From Eukaryota sp. GEM-RC1 (lineage: Eukaryota): a stretch of 64,000 nt of DNA. Made by a program: the position numbers and the translations under genes. Positions 63,451-64,000 of the stretch are shown here, in pieces. The notes below the pieces were generated by a model, which worked only from the letters and a program-made list of their open reading frames with translations, had not been told where the DNA came from and searched no databases. Location of the stretch: the NCBI GenBank assembly GCA_040285855.1, contig JAUFOQ010000002.1, positions 3,224,001 to 3,288,000 of the forward strand. The letters run 5' to 3'. Position 1 is the first letter of the stretch, and every line of letters begins with the position of its first letter.

Positions 63451-64000
63451 AATGGTCTTAAACCAATTAACAACAACAGGTTGTGACTAGTAAGTTGCAA
63501 TTTACACATTCAGTTGGGGAGCCCTTGTAGTACTTTTTATTTAGTTTATGTTTTGTTAATGTTTTAGATATTCTTGACCATAAATCCCCTTTAGTTTATG
63601 TACAAATGAATGAACGTTTGTCGATGAGAGTTTAAAATCATGGATTCAAACGACTACAACGAAAAGCGCCTAGCACAAACACATGGAGGGATTTTTTCAA
63701 GAATTGTAAACAGTAACAAACAGCTACCACAAATGTCAAATGTGGTAGTGTGGCGGCAATCAGACAGGGATTTCAAAATCCCTTGGCGGCACTAGCAGTG
63801 TTTGGAATTTAGTTCACTGTTTCCACATCTATATAGGTGGTCCTCGGTCCTCGTACATTGTATTATGACTACACCTTGTACCATAGGCTCTTTGCTTCTT
63901 TCACTTGATATCGAAATTTCTGCAACTTTAACAGAATTGAACGATGGTTTGATGCATTTCGAACAACATCAGTCCTTGAAAGCTTTCTCCGTCACTCAGG

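Noticed and set aside
63640..63810. Structured ncRNA (two local hairpins) or a 52-codon ORF
   Set aside because: No recognisable family motif, and the short stems could arise by chance.
1..64000. Stop-codon reassignment
   Set aside because: Conserved genes end at TAA, TAG and TGA. Internal stops resolve by frame change or splicing rather than in-frame readthrough, and the tRNAs have sense anticodons.

Overview
AT-rich, gene-dense window from a compact unicellular eukaryote; the intron style suggests a metamonad-like protist, which is an inference. It holds about 24 protein genes, including an LRR protein, FAM91, a WNK-like pseudokinase, a sphingomyelinase-like enzyme, POT1, an RRM protein, Myb, RP2, TCF25, a saposin, MROH1, YIPF4, MPDU1 and two bacterial-looking genes, plus three tRNA genes. 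Seven tiny introns (27-37 nt) are supported, six with an A exactly 7 nt from the 3' end and one ending GG instead of AG. Most other ORF breaks sit in homopolymer runs and look like assembly indels. Intergenic DNA is filled with 5'-truncated, stacked and nested fragments of restriction-like-endonuclease (CRE/R2-type) non-LTR retrotransposons. Several of these families end in ATAAA..CG-oligo(T) rather than poly(A), shown by intact target-site duplications (TSDs), while one family is poly(A)-tailed. Also present are TA-targeting MITEs (one with its empty site in the window), a hAT derivative with an 8-bp TSD, a duplicated kinase pseudogene and a decayed family-B DNA polymerase.
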